DNA from: an uncultured Candidatus Poseidoniales archaeon
GTDB lineage: Archaea > Thermoplasmatota > Poseidoniia > Poseidoniales > Poseidoniaceae
Reading direction: 5' to 3'
Length of the DNA: 64,000 nt
Assembly: GCA_905182185.1 (NCBI GenBank)
Contig: CAJJAP010000004.1
Span: 5,773-69,772 of the forward strand
Shown one piece after another: positions 19,526-28,659 of this stretch. The translations under genes were made by a program, and so were the position numbers. The notes under the pieces are model-generated. The model ran no database searches, was not told the DNA's origin, and saw only the letters and a program-made list of their open reading frames with translations. Positions within the stretch are counted from its first letter, which is position 1, and the number at the start of each line of letters is the position of its first letter.

Positions 19526-20392
19526 ATGACAACAATGTTTTGGATTCTTTGGTTCTTCATCGTGTTCGTAGTGGTTCTTGTAGCATTCACCCTACGCAAG
19601 GAATCAGAAGAGATGCCTCGTAGAGACATTCTTCGTGCTGTTGAGTCAACAGGAAAAATGGGTGTGGCAGAGCGATCTTTTCTCTGGGTATTCTCTTGGC
19701 TGGATACTAGATTTAGATTACAAGACTATTGGAATATGTCGAAAGGTGCCTACTATAACATGCACAGGCAAATGCCGCTAAGTCACGCAGAAAAGTACAA
19801 ATTGAGAATCATTTGGTACTGGTACCCACTATACTGCCTCGGTGGAATCTCATTCCTATCATTCATTATCTTGGTAATTACCGGAACTGTTCTTGGAATT
19901 TATTACGTACCTGGAGGAGAAGGTGACCCTGCTCCCGCATATGCAAGTATGCAATATATCATGACCGAATTGCCATTTGGATATATCCTTCGTGCGGTTC
20001 ACCATTGGACTACTCACTTTATGGTAGCAAGTGTATTCTTACATATGTGCAGAGTTTACTTTACTGGAGCATACAGAAACCCTCGTGAATTAAACTGGCT
20101 TATTGGAGTCGCACTGATGTTCCTAACCATCTTCTTTGGCTACTCTGGATATTTACTACCTTGGGATTCCTTGGCATATGGTGCTGCTGTTATCGGAATT
20201 AACATGGCCAATTCATCACCGTTGATAGGAAAGATTGCTTCAACTGCCCTATTCGGTGGTACATCGCTAACTCCTCGAACCGTTACAAGAATGTACTTTA
20301 TTCACGTATTTATTCTCCCTGTGATTGTGACATTGTTGATCATCATTCACTTGTTTATTGTCTGGGTGCAGGGCATTGCGGAGCCACATTGA
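19526..20392 (+). CDS. petB: Cytochrome b6-type (split) cytochrome b
   Basis: YCLGG, RAVHHW..FLHMCRVY, RELNWLIG, GYLLPWD, RMYFIHVFILP..IIHL; ends after helix D. Confidence 0.95.
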   Translation: MTTMFWILWFFIVFVVVLVAFTLRKESEEMPRRDILRAVESTGKMGVAERSFLWVFSWLDTRFRLQDYWNMSKGAYYNMHRQMPLSHAEKYKLRIIWYWYPLYCLGGISFLSFIILVITGTVLGIYYVPGGEGDPAPAYASMQYIMTELPFGYILRAVHHWTTHFMVASVFLHMCRVYFTGAYRNPRELNWLIGVALMFLTIFFGYSGYLLPWDSLAYGAAVIGINMANSSPLIGKIASTALFGGTSLTPRTVTRMYFIHVFILPVIVTLLIIIHLFIVWVQGIAEPH

Positions 20393-20411
20393 TATTTTGG
20401 AGGATTAAATT

Positions 20412-23225
20412 ATGGGATTAGTAGAAAATCTTGGAAGAGTTGCTTCCTCCTACATGGATGAGAAGGAAAACTTGCAGAGCGTTGAAGGAAAGAGAGAACG
20501 TACACGAATGGGACATGCTTTTTGGCCACATGAAGTCCTCCGTGACGTACTTATCTTTTCGTTTATGGGTGCAGTATTGTTATTCTATTCTTGGCTTATA
20601 CCACCACCATTACACAGTGCTGCCGACCCATATGCTCAAGCAGGATTCGTTTTCCCTGATTGGTATGTATTATTTTCATATGGATACCTTCGTTGGGGAG
20701 AGTATCTACCGCAATTCTCCGTACCTACCGGATTCCTAGGAGATATATTTGGTCAACCTTCGTTCCCTTGGAACGCTGCATGGTGGGGAGCTGCTCTTAC
20801 TGGAATTCCAGTAGGAATACTACTACTTCCACCATTGATTGGAGGTCGTGAAAAGAGACCTGTAGAAGACCCTTGGTTTGCAAGTGCAGGCGTAGTATAT
20901 CTTGCACACGTATGGTTTATCTCTGTCTTTTCGATTAATATCTTCTTGAAACTATATGGCAATAATAGATCTGATTATTGTAAATTGGATTCTCATGGAG
21001 ACCTGTTATGTGGTGCAAGAGACCCCTGGGTTGCGGATTTGTTCAATGCCATTCCGTGGATATTGACTGGTATTTTAATATGGATTATTATTTATTTCGT
21101 GGCTAGAACAATGATGGTAAAGGCTTGGGGTGCTGGCTTCACTCCAGCACATGGCAAGAGAATTCTTGTTGGAGCATTGATGGTTTCAACTGCAATATCA
21201 GTTTCTACTTGGGATGTTTATGATGATGGTTTCTGGGATGCAAAGGGATTGCTCACCATTTCCGATTATGAGGAACTTGAAGCGATGAGGTCACAACCAG
21301 TTGATGTTCATGTTCATGATACCAATGAATTTACTGACGCACAAGGTTGGTCTACTACAGAGATAGTACCAACCACTGCTTGGCTTGATTGGAACTTATA
21401 CCAACCCGCTAGATATATTATTACTGATTTTGGCGATGCCAATGGACATCAAGATGCTGCTAATGAAATAAATGCTGCAGCGGTCACAGATTCATTCTCT
21501 GGAGAGGCTGAATGGATTGCAATAGGCTCATTTACAGTTACTGAAGATTCAACCTACTTCCCTTATGGGCATCACAAGTCTGTAGAAACAATTACCACTG
21601 ATATGAAGTGCGAGTATAGATCTAGTGAAAGAAAGATCGGTGAATTATCTACTGCCGATATGTTGACTTCAACTTTCATGGTTACCGACTCATCTGGAAA
21701 GACAGTTTCATCATTCACTGGATGTGATGGAGCAACTGTTGAACTCAAGGTTGGAACCTATGACTACCAAATGACTGTCCAAGCAACTGGTTTACTTGCT
21801 CAAAACTCCTCAATTATGACTGAAGCTTCTATGGAGATCGCTTCATTCCAACCACTATTGGTTTGGGACGAGGATGCTCACTCAAGTCTTGCTGGTACGA
21901 GTGTCAATCTTTCAAGTTCCGAGGATATGGCTCTTGGAGATGGAAAATTCGCACCTATTGAGAATCCATCGTATCATAGAAATCCTAAATCCTTAGATGC
22001 AAAACTTACCTATGCTATGTTTATTCCATGTCTAACATTCGGCGCCCTTGTATTCGTATTACTAAGATACATGGCTCGTGGATATGAGTTCGAGATGAAC
22101 AAGTGCTACGGCTGTGACCTTTGTGATGATGCTTGTCCTGTCCGCCTATTCACTGGTGGAGACAAATTAAACATCATTTACAATTCTTGGAATAACGAAG
22201 ATGATGGTGTCCCGATGTATTCATGTTTGACATGTTCTGCTTGTACTAACGCCTGTCCGCAACTTGTCGATTACGACTCTTATGTAGATATTAGGCGTGG
22301 ACTAATTGTTGGTGCATCTCAAGCAGAGATACCTCACACTGTCCTTCAAGCAGTTCTTGCTGCTGAGGCAGAGGAAGAAGCCGATGCAGACTTCATCACA
22401 ACCGAAGATTATCCAATTAATTCCAAGGTGGGATACTATCCTGGATGTGTCGACTATCTTGACCAAGAGATGGTATTTTCACATGTCAATGATGGTGAGA
22501 TGAACTTAGGAGCCTCAACAACCGCTGCTTTCACTTTGTTTGAAGAGATGGGCAACGAAGTTTCATATCTTGGAAGAGACTTCCTAAAGTGCTGTGGCCA
22601 CGATCAAAAGTGGCAAGGTCTTGATGAAGTGTTTGAAAAACTAAAGGCATACAATCAACGTAAGATTGAGGAATCTGGAATAGATACCCTCGTATCTTCT
22701 TGTGCTGAATGTTTCAGAACATTTGCTCGGGATTATGAGCTAGAAGGTATCAAGGTAATGCACACAACTGAATATCTAACCGAGCAAGGATTTGATATGA
22801 ACTTGAGTACTGAAGAGACCACTGTGACATATCATGACCCATGTAGACTAGGACGTCAAATGGGAGTCTATGATGAACCACGTGATTTGATTACAGCCGT
22901 TGAGGGTGTTAATTTGGTTGAGATGGAACATAGTGGAGAGGATGCAATGTGTTGTGGTGTTTCGAGCATGATGTCATGTAACGAAGATGCTCGTTCACTT
23001 CGTGTATCTCGTATGGAAGAAATCCGTGCTACTGGAGCAGATACGATGCTCACATCGTGTCCTAAATGTGTTGCTCACTTTGAGTGTTTGAAGTTTGAAG
23101 GTGATGAACAGTATGCAGATATTGAAATCCTTGATGTTGTTACATTCTTGGCACGACAAGTTGATGCAAAGAAATCTGAACTAGTTGCTGCAAATACTGA
23201 TGCACAAGACCAAATCAAAGCTTGA
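20412..23225 (+). CDS. Cytochrome b subunit IV (PetD-like) fused to an extracellular domain and an HdrD/GlpC-like 2x[4Fe-4S] + 2xCCG oxidoreductase
   Basis: FWPHEVLRD, AADP, FPDWY; then CYGCDLCDDACP and CLTCSACTNACP; YYPGC, CCG, SCAEC, YHDPCRLGR, CCG, SCPKC. Confidence 0.9.
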   Translation: MGLVENLGRVASSYMDEKENLQSVEGKRERTRMGHAFWPHEVLRDVLIFSFMGAVLLFYSWLIPPPLHSAADPYAQAGFVFPDWYVLFSYGYLRWGEYLPQFSVPTGFLGDIFGQPSFPWNAAWWGAALTGIPVGILLLPPLIGGREKRPVEDPWFASAGVVYLAHVWFISVFSINIFLKLYGNNRSDYCKLDSHGDLLCGARDPWVADLFNAIPWILTGILIWIIIYFVARTMMVKAWGAGFTPAHGKRILVGALMVSTAISVSTWDVYDDGFWDAKGLLTISDYEELEAMRSQPVDVHVHDTNEFTDAQGWSTTEIVPTTAWLDWNLYQPARYIITDFGDANGHQDAANEINAAAVTDSFSGEAEWIAIGSFTVTEDSTYFPYGHHKSVETITTDMKCEYRSSERKIGELSTADMLTSTFMVTDSSGKTVSSFTGCDGATVELKVGTYDYQMTVQATGLLAQNSSIMTEASMEIASFQPLLVWDEDAHSSLAGTSVNLSSSEDMALGDGKFAPIENPSYHRNPKSLDAKLTYAMFIPCLTFGALVFVLLRYMARGYEFEMNKCYGCDLCDDACPVRLFTGGDKLNIIYNSWNNEDDGVPMYSCLTCSACTNACPQLVDYDSYVDIRRGLIVGASQAEIPHTVLQAVLAAEAEEEADADFITTEDYPINSKVGYYPGCVDYLDQEMVFSHVNDGEMNLGASTTAAFTLFEEMGNEVSYLGRDFLKCCGHDQKWQGLDEVFEKLKAYNQRKIEESGIDTLVSSCAECFRTFARDYELEGIKVMHTTEYLTEQGFDMNLSTEETTVTYHDPCRLGRQMGVYDEPRDLITAVEGVNLVEMEHSGEDAMCCGVSSMMSCNEDARSLRVSRMEEIRATGADTMLTSCPKCVAHFECLKFEGDEQYADIEILDVVTFLARQVDAKKSELVAANTDAQDQIKA

Positions 23226-23269
23226 GTATTTTGTCGTTCAATATTTCTAAGCACCCCTAGTGCTAAGAA

Positions 23270-23965
23270 GTGTTGTCACTAGCGCCATTCATGAACAGAC
23301 CTGCTTTGTATGTACTTACAATCGGCATCGGTTTGTACATCAGTGCTACTGGCCTGAATGGAATCATTCCGGACCATTGGGCTGAATGGCCAGTCAATAT
23401 TTGGTGCTGGTCTGTATTTGCATATATATTCTATAAGACCACTCGAAAGGAGCGTATTGAGATGCTGACTGTGTTGGCATTTGCCACCCCAATGGAACTA
23501 TTTTTTAGTGAAGTTTGGCTAATCTATGAATACCAACGAGGACTAATGCCCCTATTCGTTCCAGTGGGTCATTATTTCTTATTTGACCTGGGCAGGATTA
23601 TCGCCAATAAGATGAGAGAGAACCTCGCCATAATTTGCTTGACCCCATTTATTCCACTTGTCGCTTATGGCGTTTATAGCGGTGGCGATACGTCTGCGTT
23701 ATTCCTCCTGATACTGGTACTCGCATTCACAAAATGGGGACCTCAACCTCGATTATATGTTGCAATGGCTTGGGCGGCCTTAGCTATGGAATTATGGGGC
23801 ACACACTTGACCAATTGGACATGGGCTAACGAAGTCCCATGGACGGGACTAACCGCTTGGAATCCACCGCTATTGGTTGGTGCATTCTATTGTGTTGGAG
23901 ATTTATTGGTCAACCTTAGTGTTGCCAAGTTTGAAAGAGAAGTGACGGCTGAGGTGGTAGTATGA
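23270..23965 (+). CDS. Hypothetical multi-pass membrane protein
   Basis: 231-aa ORF with about 7 hydrophobic segments; overlaps the ferredoxin start (ATGA). Confidence 0.7.
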   Translation: MLSLAPFMNRPALYVLTIGIGLYISATGLNGIIPDHWAEWPVNIWCWSVFAYIFYKTTRKERIEMLTVLAFATPMELFFSEVWLIYEYQRGLMPLFVPVGHYFLFDLGRIIANKMRENLAIICLTPFIPLVAYGVYSGGDTSALFLLILVLAFTKWGPQPRLYVAMAWAALAMELWGTHLTNWTWANEVPWTGLTAWNPPLLVGAFYCVGDLLVNLSVAKFEREVTAEVVV

Positions 23966-24294
23966 CCACCAGTGACGAGTTGGCGACGAGACGAGCGGCT
24001 GAGGCTCTGGCCATCCGTACATCTCTAAATCGTCAGCGCGGAGTGCAGCGCGCTAATACAAAGGGTGGTGAAGGAACTGTTGCCTATGTTACTGCAGAGA
24101 AATGTATTGGCTGCGATCAATGTACAATCGTCTGTGATGATAATGCAATTGACATATACAAAGTAGAGATGGCCAGTCAATTCATCAAAGTGGAAAGTAA
24201 TCGCAAGGCCAAGATTATTCGCGATGCTTGTACTGGCTGTAGATTGTGCGTACTCGCTTGTCCTACAGACGCTATAACAATGATTGATTTGTGA
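23962..24294 (+). CDS. 2x[4Fe-4S] dicluster ferredoxin with N-terminal extension
   Basis: CIGCDQCTIVC and CTGCRLCVLACP. Confidence 0.9.
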   Translation: MTTSDELATRRAAEALAIRTSLNRQRGVQRANTKGGEGTVAYVTAEKCIGCDQCTIVCDDNAIDIYKVEMASQFIKVESNRKAKIIRDACTGCRLCVLACPTDAITMIDL

Positions 24295-24303
24295 GGAATT
24301 ACC

Positions 24304-24606
24304 ATGACAAAAGATGATGATGAAGAAGTTCAAAGATTCGGAGGAGAATTCGGACCTTACCGCAAGGAAGGGACTTCAGGAGTAAGCCTCGGAACATTCA
24401 AAACATTGGTCTGGACTTCCAATATAGGTGGACTTTTACTATGTGCATTATCCCTTGAAATGCTATTTGTTCGTAAAATGTTTGGCTGGGGATTATTGGC
24501 CCTAATGGCTGCAGTTGCCATCGCTTTATTCCCCTCAAATTATGAAATCGTTGGAATGGGTGATGAATCTATCACCTCCACCGATGATCAAAACACACAG
24601 GATTGA
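24304..24606 (+). CDS. Small 2-TM hypothetical protein
   Basis: GAGGA RBS; two hydrophobic helices; last gene of the operon. Confidence 0.65.
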   Translation: MTKDDDEEVQRFGGEFGPYRKEGTSGVSLGTFKTLVWTSNIGGLLLCALSLEMLFVRKMFGWGLLALMAAVAIALFPSNYEIVGMGDESITSTDDQNTQD

Positions 24607-24736
24607 TTTGTCGCAAATACAATTACAATACTGACTCCTTGTCACCGATTAATCAAGTCAAATGGTGAACTCGGCAAACTATAGTGGATGAGTAGCATAG
24701 GGACCAAGAAGTGGCTATTAAAGTTGAATCGAATCA

Positions 24737-25966
24737 TCAAACAGATGATTCATTAGCATACTTTATTGCTTCAGCACCCATTGCCAACATCGACAATTCT
24801 GCTACTAAAGCATGCCATCCCTTTGCATGCTCTCCATAGAGATGACCCACTTCAGATGAATCAAAGAATTCTGCACTAGGCGAGTTCAAATTATCCATAT
24901 CACCCTTCTTAGCATTTATTCTATAGAACCAGGATGCGGCTTCACCATCGACCAAATAAACAACAGGTTCAACTGGTGCTCCACCTTCTTCTGTTAGAAG
25001 AGTTGGAACTCCTTCTTGAATTAAGAAATTTTCAACATCTGCACCGCCTTTGGAATACATTAGTTTCTTCATTTTTCTATTGGACAGTTCAAGTAACTGC
25101 TCTCCCCGCTTGACCGCCATAATACCGAGTCCATATGTTCCTCTATCATTTTTTACAAAAACAACAGGCTCTCTTTCGATTCCAAGGGATTCATATTTTT
25201 CTTTAATCTGTTTAATAAATTCGTCTACTTCTGCCGCTAATTCAATCCTGCAATTCTCTTTTTCAAGACATTTATTCTTTGAAACAAACCAATTCGCCAT
25301 CAAATGCCAACTATCAATTTCTAACAATTGTGCCATCTCATCAACATATTGCTGCAAACAAGCATAATGTTCTGATTTCCTACGGCGATGCCATCCCATA
25401 CTCGGAGGCGGGCTCACATTATTGGCAGACAATCCAGGCACTATCCCTTCAGTAAGATCATTATTTAGCAATATCAAGCAAGGTCTTTCCCCTTCTACGA
25501 ATAACTCTTCCTTCCCATTTTCAAGTTTTAATTCAACTGTTGACAATTGCAACGGACCTGAAATCCCTGCCAAAGAACCATGAGCAGATAATTCAGGTGA
25601 ACCAACTGTACATCTGAAACCGGAAAGGTGTATTAAACGTTGAATAGTCGCTACATTCTCGACATATCCTGCATTCCGAGTATGTGATTCAGGGTACAGA
25701 TGAACCCATTCACATTTGGTTTTAAGTCTTAAAATATGATTTTTAAGAAGATTTGCAAGATGTGGTTCATCCTCCTTTGAAACATTGTTGAATCCGGCTG
25801 GAAAGTGATTGGCATCAACAACTGCGACCTTCCATCCAGCATCCCTCACATCAACACTACCATAGATTGGAATTGGCACTTCACTGCGCTTCTTTGCCAT
25901 CCATGCTGTGATCTGTTCTCTCTTAGATTCAAGTATTTGTGAGTATTCATGCACGTAATTCATCAT
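24737..25966 (-). CDS. gshA: Glutamate--cysteine ligase (GshA, PF08886-type ATP-grasp family)
   Basis: PIYGSVDVRDAGWKVAVVDANHFPAGFNN, ILLNNDL, VKNDRGTYGLGIM, IQEGVPT. Confidence 0.85.
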   Translation of the reverse strand: MMNYVHEYSQILESKREQITAWMAKKRSEVPIPIYGSVDVRDAGWKVAVVDANHFPAGFNNVSKEDEPHLANLLKNHILRLKTKCEWVHLYPESHTRNAGYVENVATIQRLIHLSGFRCTVGSPELSAHGSLAGISGPLQLSTVELKLENGKEELFVEGERPCLILLNNDLTEGIVPGLSANNVSPPPSMGWHRRRKSEHYACLQQYVDEMAQLLEIDSWHLMANWFVSKNKCLEKENCRIELAAEVDEFIKQIKEKYESLGIEREPVVFVKNDRGTYGLGIMAVKRGEQLLELSNRKMKKLMYSKGGADVENFLIQEGVPTLLTEEGGAPVEPVVYLVDGEAASWFYRINAKKGDMDNLNSPSAEFFDSSEVGHLYGEHAKGWHALVAELSMLAMGAEAIKYANESSV

Positions 25967-27744
25967 ATCACCTCATCCAGTAAATCAATTGCTGTTCCCG
26001 AACGCTTACTTCTACCACCATCAACAATATGCATTGCTTCAAACAATCCCAAACCTATCGCCAAATCAGGTTGATCTTTGAAAGCACCACTAATAAGTGG
26101 GTACTTACTCATTATTTGCTGCGCTCTTCCATCTAATTGTTGTAGCATATTGTGCAACAACTTAGGAGATGTTGCTGTACCGGCTGGTAATTTTGGTCTA
26201 CGTACAATTTCTGCTGGTAATTTAGTCAAATCAGCAGCACGGCGCAAGGCTATTTTCTCTTCAAATGAAGGTGGAAGGCGCCACTTCATCGGTAACTTAT
26301 GTGATGCTTGGCGGTGCGACTTGCCGAGGAATGGAACTCTAACTTCAAGAGAATGCGCCATAGAATGTCTATCGACTAAGCGTAATTGGAAATTACTCAA
26401 CTGCCCACTATCCAATTCAAATTGTAAGAAGTCATCTAATGAAGAGGTATGGGCAGTAGCTGAATGGTCATTTGAATAATAATAATCTCCAATAGGTAAT
26501 TGACCATTTTCAATGATTGATTTCGATGGGTGGTCCATCATATCAAAGCGAGATTGAATCACACTAGAATGATGCTCTAGATCTCTATAACGTGGATACC
26601 CTGCATGAAGTTCATCCGCTCCTTGACCGCATAATCCAACTGTTACCGATTCTGACATTTTCTCAAACAGTGGCTGGAAGAATAGAACAGTTACATCCAA
26701 ATCTTCACCATGCCAAGCCAAATCAGGTAACATTTTATCAAACGAATCCTCTTGTAAAATATGTTGATGATGTTCTAACTCAAGGCTTGATGCTACTAAC
26801 TCAGCAGCCTGCCAGTCAGGGTTTTCTTCACTCTCTGCAACCGTCCAACATGCAGGAACGGGATTACCACTTCTTTGGGCTGCTTCGTGAGCAACTGCGG
26901 CAACTAAACTAGAATCCAGTCCCCCGGAAAGTACTATGCCAACCGGCACATCTGACATCAACCTCTCTTCAACACTAACAACGAAAGATTCCAGTAACTT
27001 ACTAGCCTCTAAATCTGGATTCCATGTATCTGCAGGTTCTACCTTCTGCCTTTCCACGGTTGCTTTACCAGTTAATACTGCGCAACCATTGTTGTCAAGA
27101 CTCCATGTCTCAACTGTTCCTGGCTTTATTTGTGCAACATCCTTCAGCAGTGTTGTTCCATCTAAAGGGTACTCCCAAGCCAACCTTGCCACCAATGCAA
27201 GTTCATCGATTTGGGGTATATGTCCTTCATGGGCCCTAAGGGCTTTGGCTTCACTTGCAAATAGTAGACTACCATCAACCTCGGTCCTCATCAATGGCTT
27301 AATCCCCATAGGGTCTCTAGCCAATAGCAATTGCTTATCTTTTGGATTCCATATCGCTATCGCATACATTCCATTGAGTTGAGAGAGCCATTGCGCATGT
27401 TGTTTAGCGGAAAGTTTACCGTTATTTGTCGCTAATGCATTCTCATGTAGAGCCAGTATGGTCTCACTATCACCATTTGTAGTCCATGGATAGTGAGCCT
27501 GATTTTTGCGGAGATTTAGATGATTGTAAATCTCTCCATTGGCGATCAAAATATTTCCACTCTGCGCAGATATCGGTTGGTCACTTCCACTGATATCAAC
27601 AATCGCCAATCGAGTGTGTCCGAGTGCTATGCTTTCATCACTCCAAATGTCATTGCCATCTGGGCCTCGATGACGCATCAACAGATTCATTCGTTCTATT
27701 ACGGCGGAATCGGGGTTTCCAAACATACCACCAATACCGCACAC
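25963..27744 (-). CDS. asnB: Asparagine synthase B-family glutamine amidotransferase
   Basis: GTG start at 27744 exposes the Ntn Cys (CGIGG); HRGPD, GHTRLAIVD, NGEIYN, RDPMGIKPL, LSGGLDSS, GQGADEL. Confidence 0.9.
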   Translation of the reverse strand: MCGIGGMFGNPDSAVIERMNLLMRHRGPDGNDIWSDESIALGHTRLAIVDISGSDQPISAQSGNILIANGEIYNHLNLRKNQAHYPWTTNGDSETILALHENALATNNGKLSAKQHAQWLSQLNGMYAIAIWNPKDKQLLLARDPMGIKPLMRTEVDGSLLFASEAKALRAHEGHIPQIDELALVARLAWEYPLDGTTLLKDVAQIKPGTVETWSLDNNGCAVLTGKATVERQKVEPADTWNPDLEASKLLESFVVSVEERLMSDVPVGIVLSGGLDSSLVAAVAHEAAQRSGNPVPACWTVAESEENPDWQAAELVASSLELEHHQHILQEDSFDKMLPDLAWHGEDLDVTVLFFQPLFEKMSESVTVGLCGQGADELHAGYPRYRDLEHHSSVIQSRFDMMDHPSKSIIENGQLPIGDYYYSNDHSATAHTSSLDDFLQFELDSGQLSNFQLRLVDRHSMAHSLEVRVPFLGKSHRQASHKLPMKWRLPPSFEEKIALRRAADLTKLPAEIVRRPKLPAGTATSPKLLHNMLQQLDGRAQQIMSKYPLISGAFKDQPDLAIGLGLFEAMHIVDGGRSKRSGTAIDLLDEVI

Positions 27745-28010
27745 AGTAAAAGGTGTAAACCACCTCCTTTTCAATGGTTGTAAATAACCATGAATCAATT
27801 CACAGTAATACACTTAGACTGGCATCACCAAAGAGGCCATCTAAACATAGTAAATACAAGAGCTAAGACCGAAATACCAAAAAAGATGTAATATGATGTT
27901 TGAGGTGGGTCATTGGATTCGTTTTCCTCAGACATGGTAGTTCACTATTCCAAAGGGGAGAGCAACCACCATTTCAACATATTGAGGAATATGAATGGCT
28001 TTTTGCTAAA

Positions 28011-28652
28011 TCATAGCAAACCAATGAATGGGTCAAACAGTAAAATTGCGCATAATGGAATTAACATCATTGTGGCATTGTCATCTATCCATCGCAGTCG
28101 AGGCCATTCACTTATCATACAAAGTGGCGCCATTATTGGAATTAACCATAGTGGAGTCGCAACTAAATTCCAGCATGCTAACCAAATAATTGTAATAGCC
28201 AGAGTTGAATATATCATGACCTGCTTATCATCAAATCCTTTTCTTCTCAACTCTCCCATCAAAGGATCGCCTAACGATAGAGAAAGAACAAGGGGCCAGA
28301 TATATTCCTTAGTAGGCGCCATCAAAAATGCCAACCCGATTCCAATAGCACCCCATGCTAATGCTGAAACTTGGTGAGCCTCGTATTCTCTTTGACCGAA
28401 TATTGTTATTGAAAATTTAAGTCTAACCGCCTCAGCAGCGAGCATTGAAAGTATCAATGCAGAAACTAATTGAGGAAGTTCTAGTCCTACAAATTCTGCA
28501 CATTCCTCACCATATTCAAAGTAAATAAATGGAATGAAGGATAAACTCAAATGAATTACTCTTCTCAAGATATGCCCATAAACCCCACCCTTGGATTGTT
28601 GTATCGGGTCTGTCATCGCAACTTGTCCATTATTTTCATTCATAGCATTCAC
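28011..28652 (-). CDS. Membrane protein resembling CTP-dependent isoprenol/dolichol kinase (cytidylyltransferase family)
   Basis: RRVIHL, SLSLGDPLMGELRRK, DDNATM and several TMs; family assignment tentative. Confidence 0.5.
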   Translation of the reverse strand: MNAMNENNGQVAMTDPIQQSKGGVYGHILRRVIHLSLSFIPFIYFEYGEECAEFVGLELPQLVSALILSMLAAEAVRLKFSITIFGQREYEAHQVSALAWGAIGIGLAFLMAPTKEYIWPLVLSLSLGDPLMGELRRKGFDDKQVMIYSTLAITIIWLACWNLVATPLWLIPIMAPLCMISEWPRLRWIDDNATMMLIPLCAILLFDPFIGLL

Positions 28653-28659
28653 CTTTTAT

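Noticed and set aside
21213-22004. Cytochrome c1 domain fused to subunit IV
   Set aside because: No CxxCH motif; only two isolated Cys.
27913-28377. 154-aa plus-strand ORF
   Set aside because: Antisense to the better-supported membrane protein 28011..28652.
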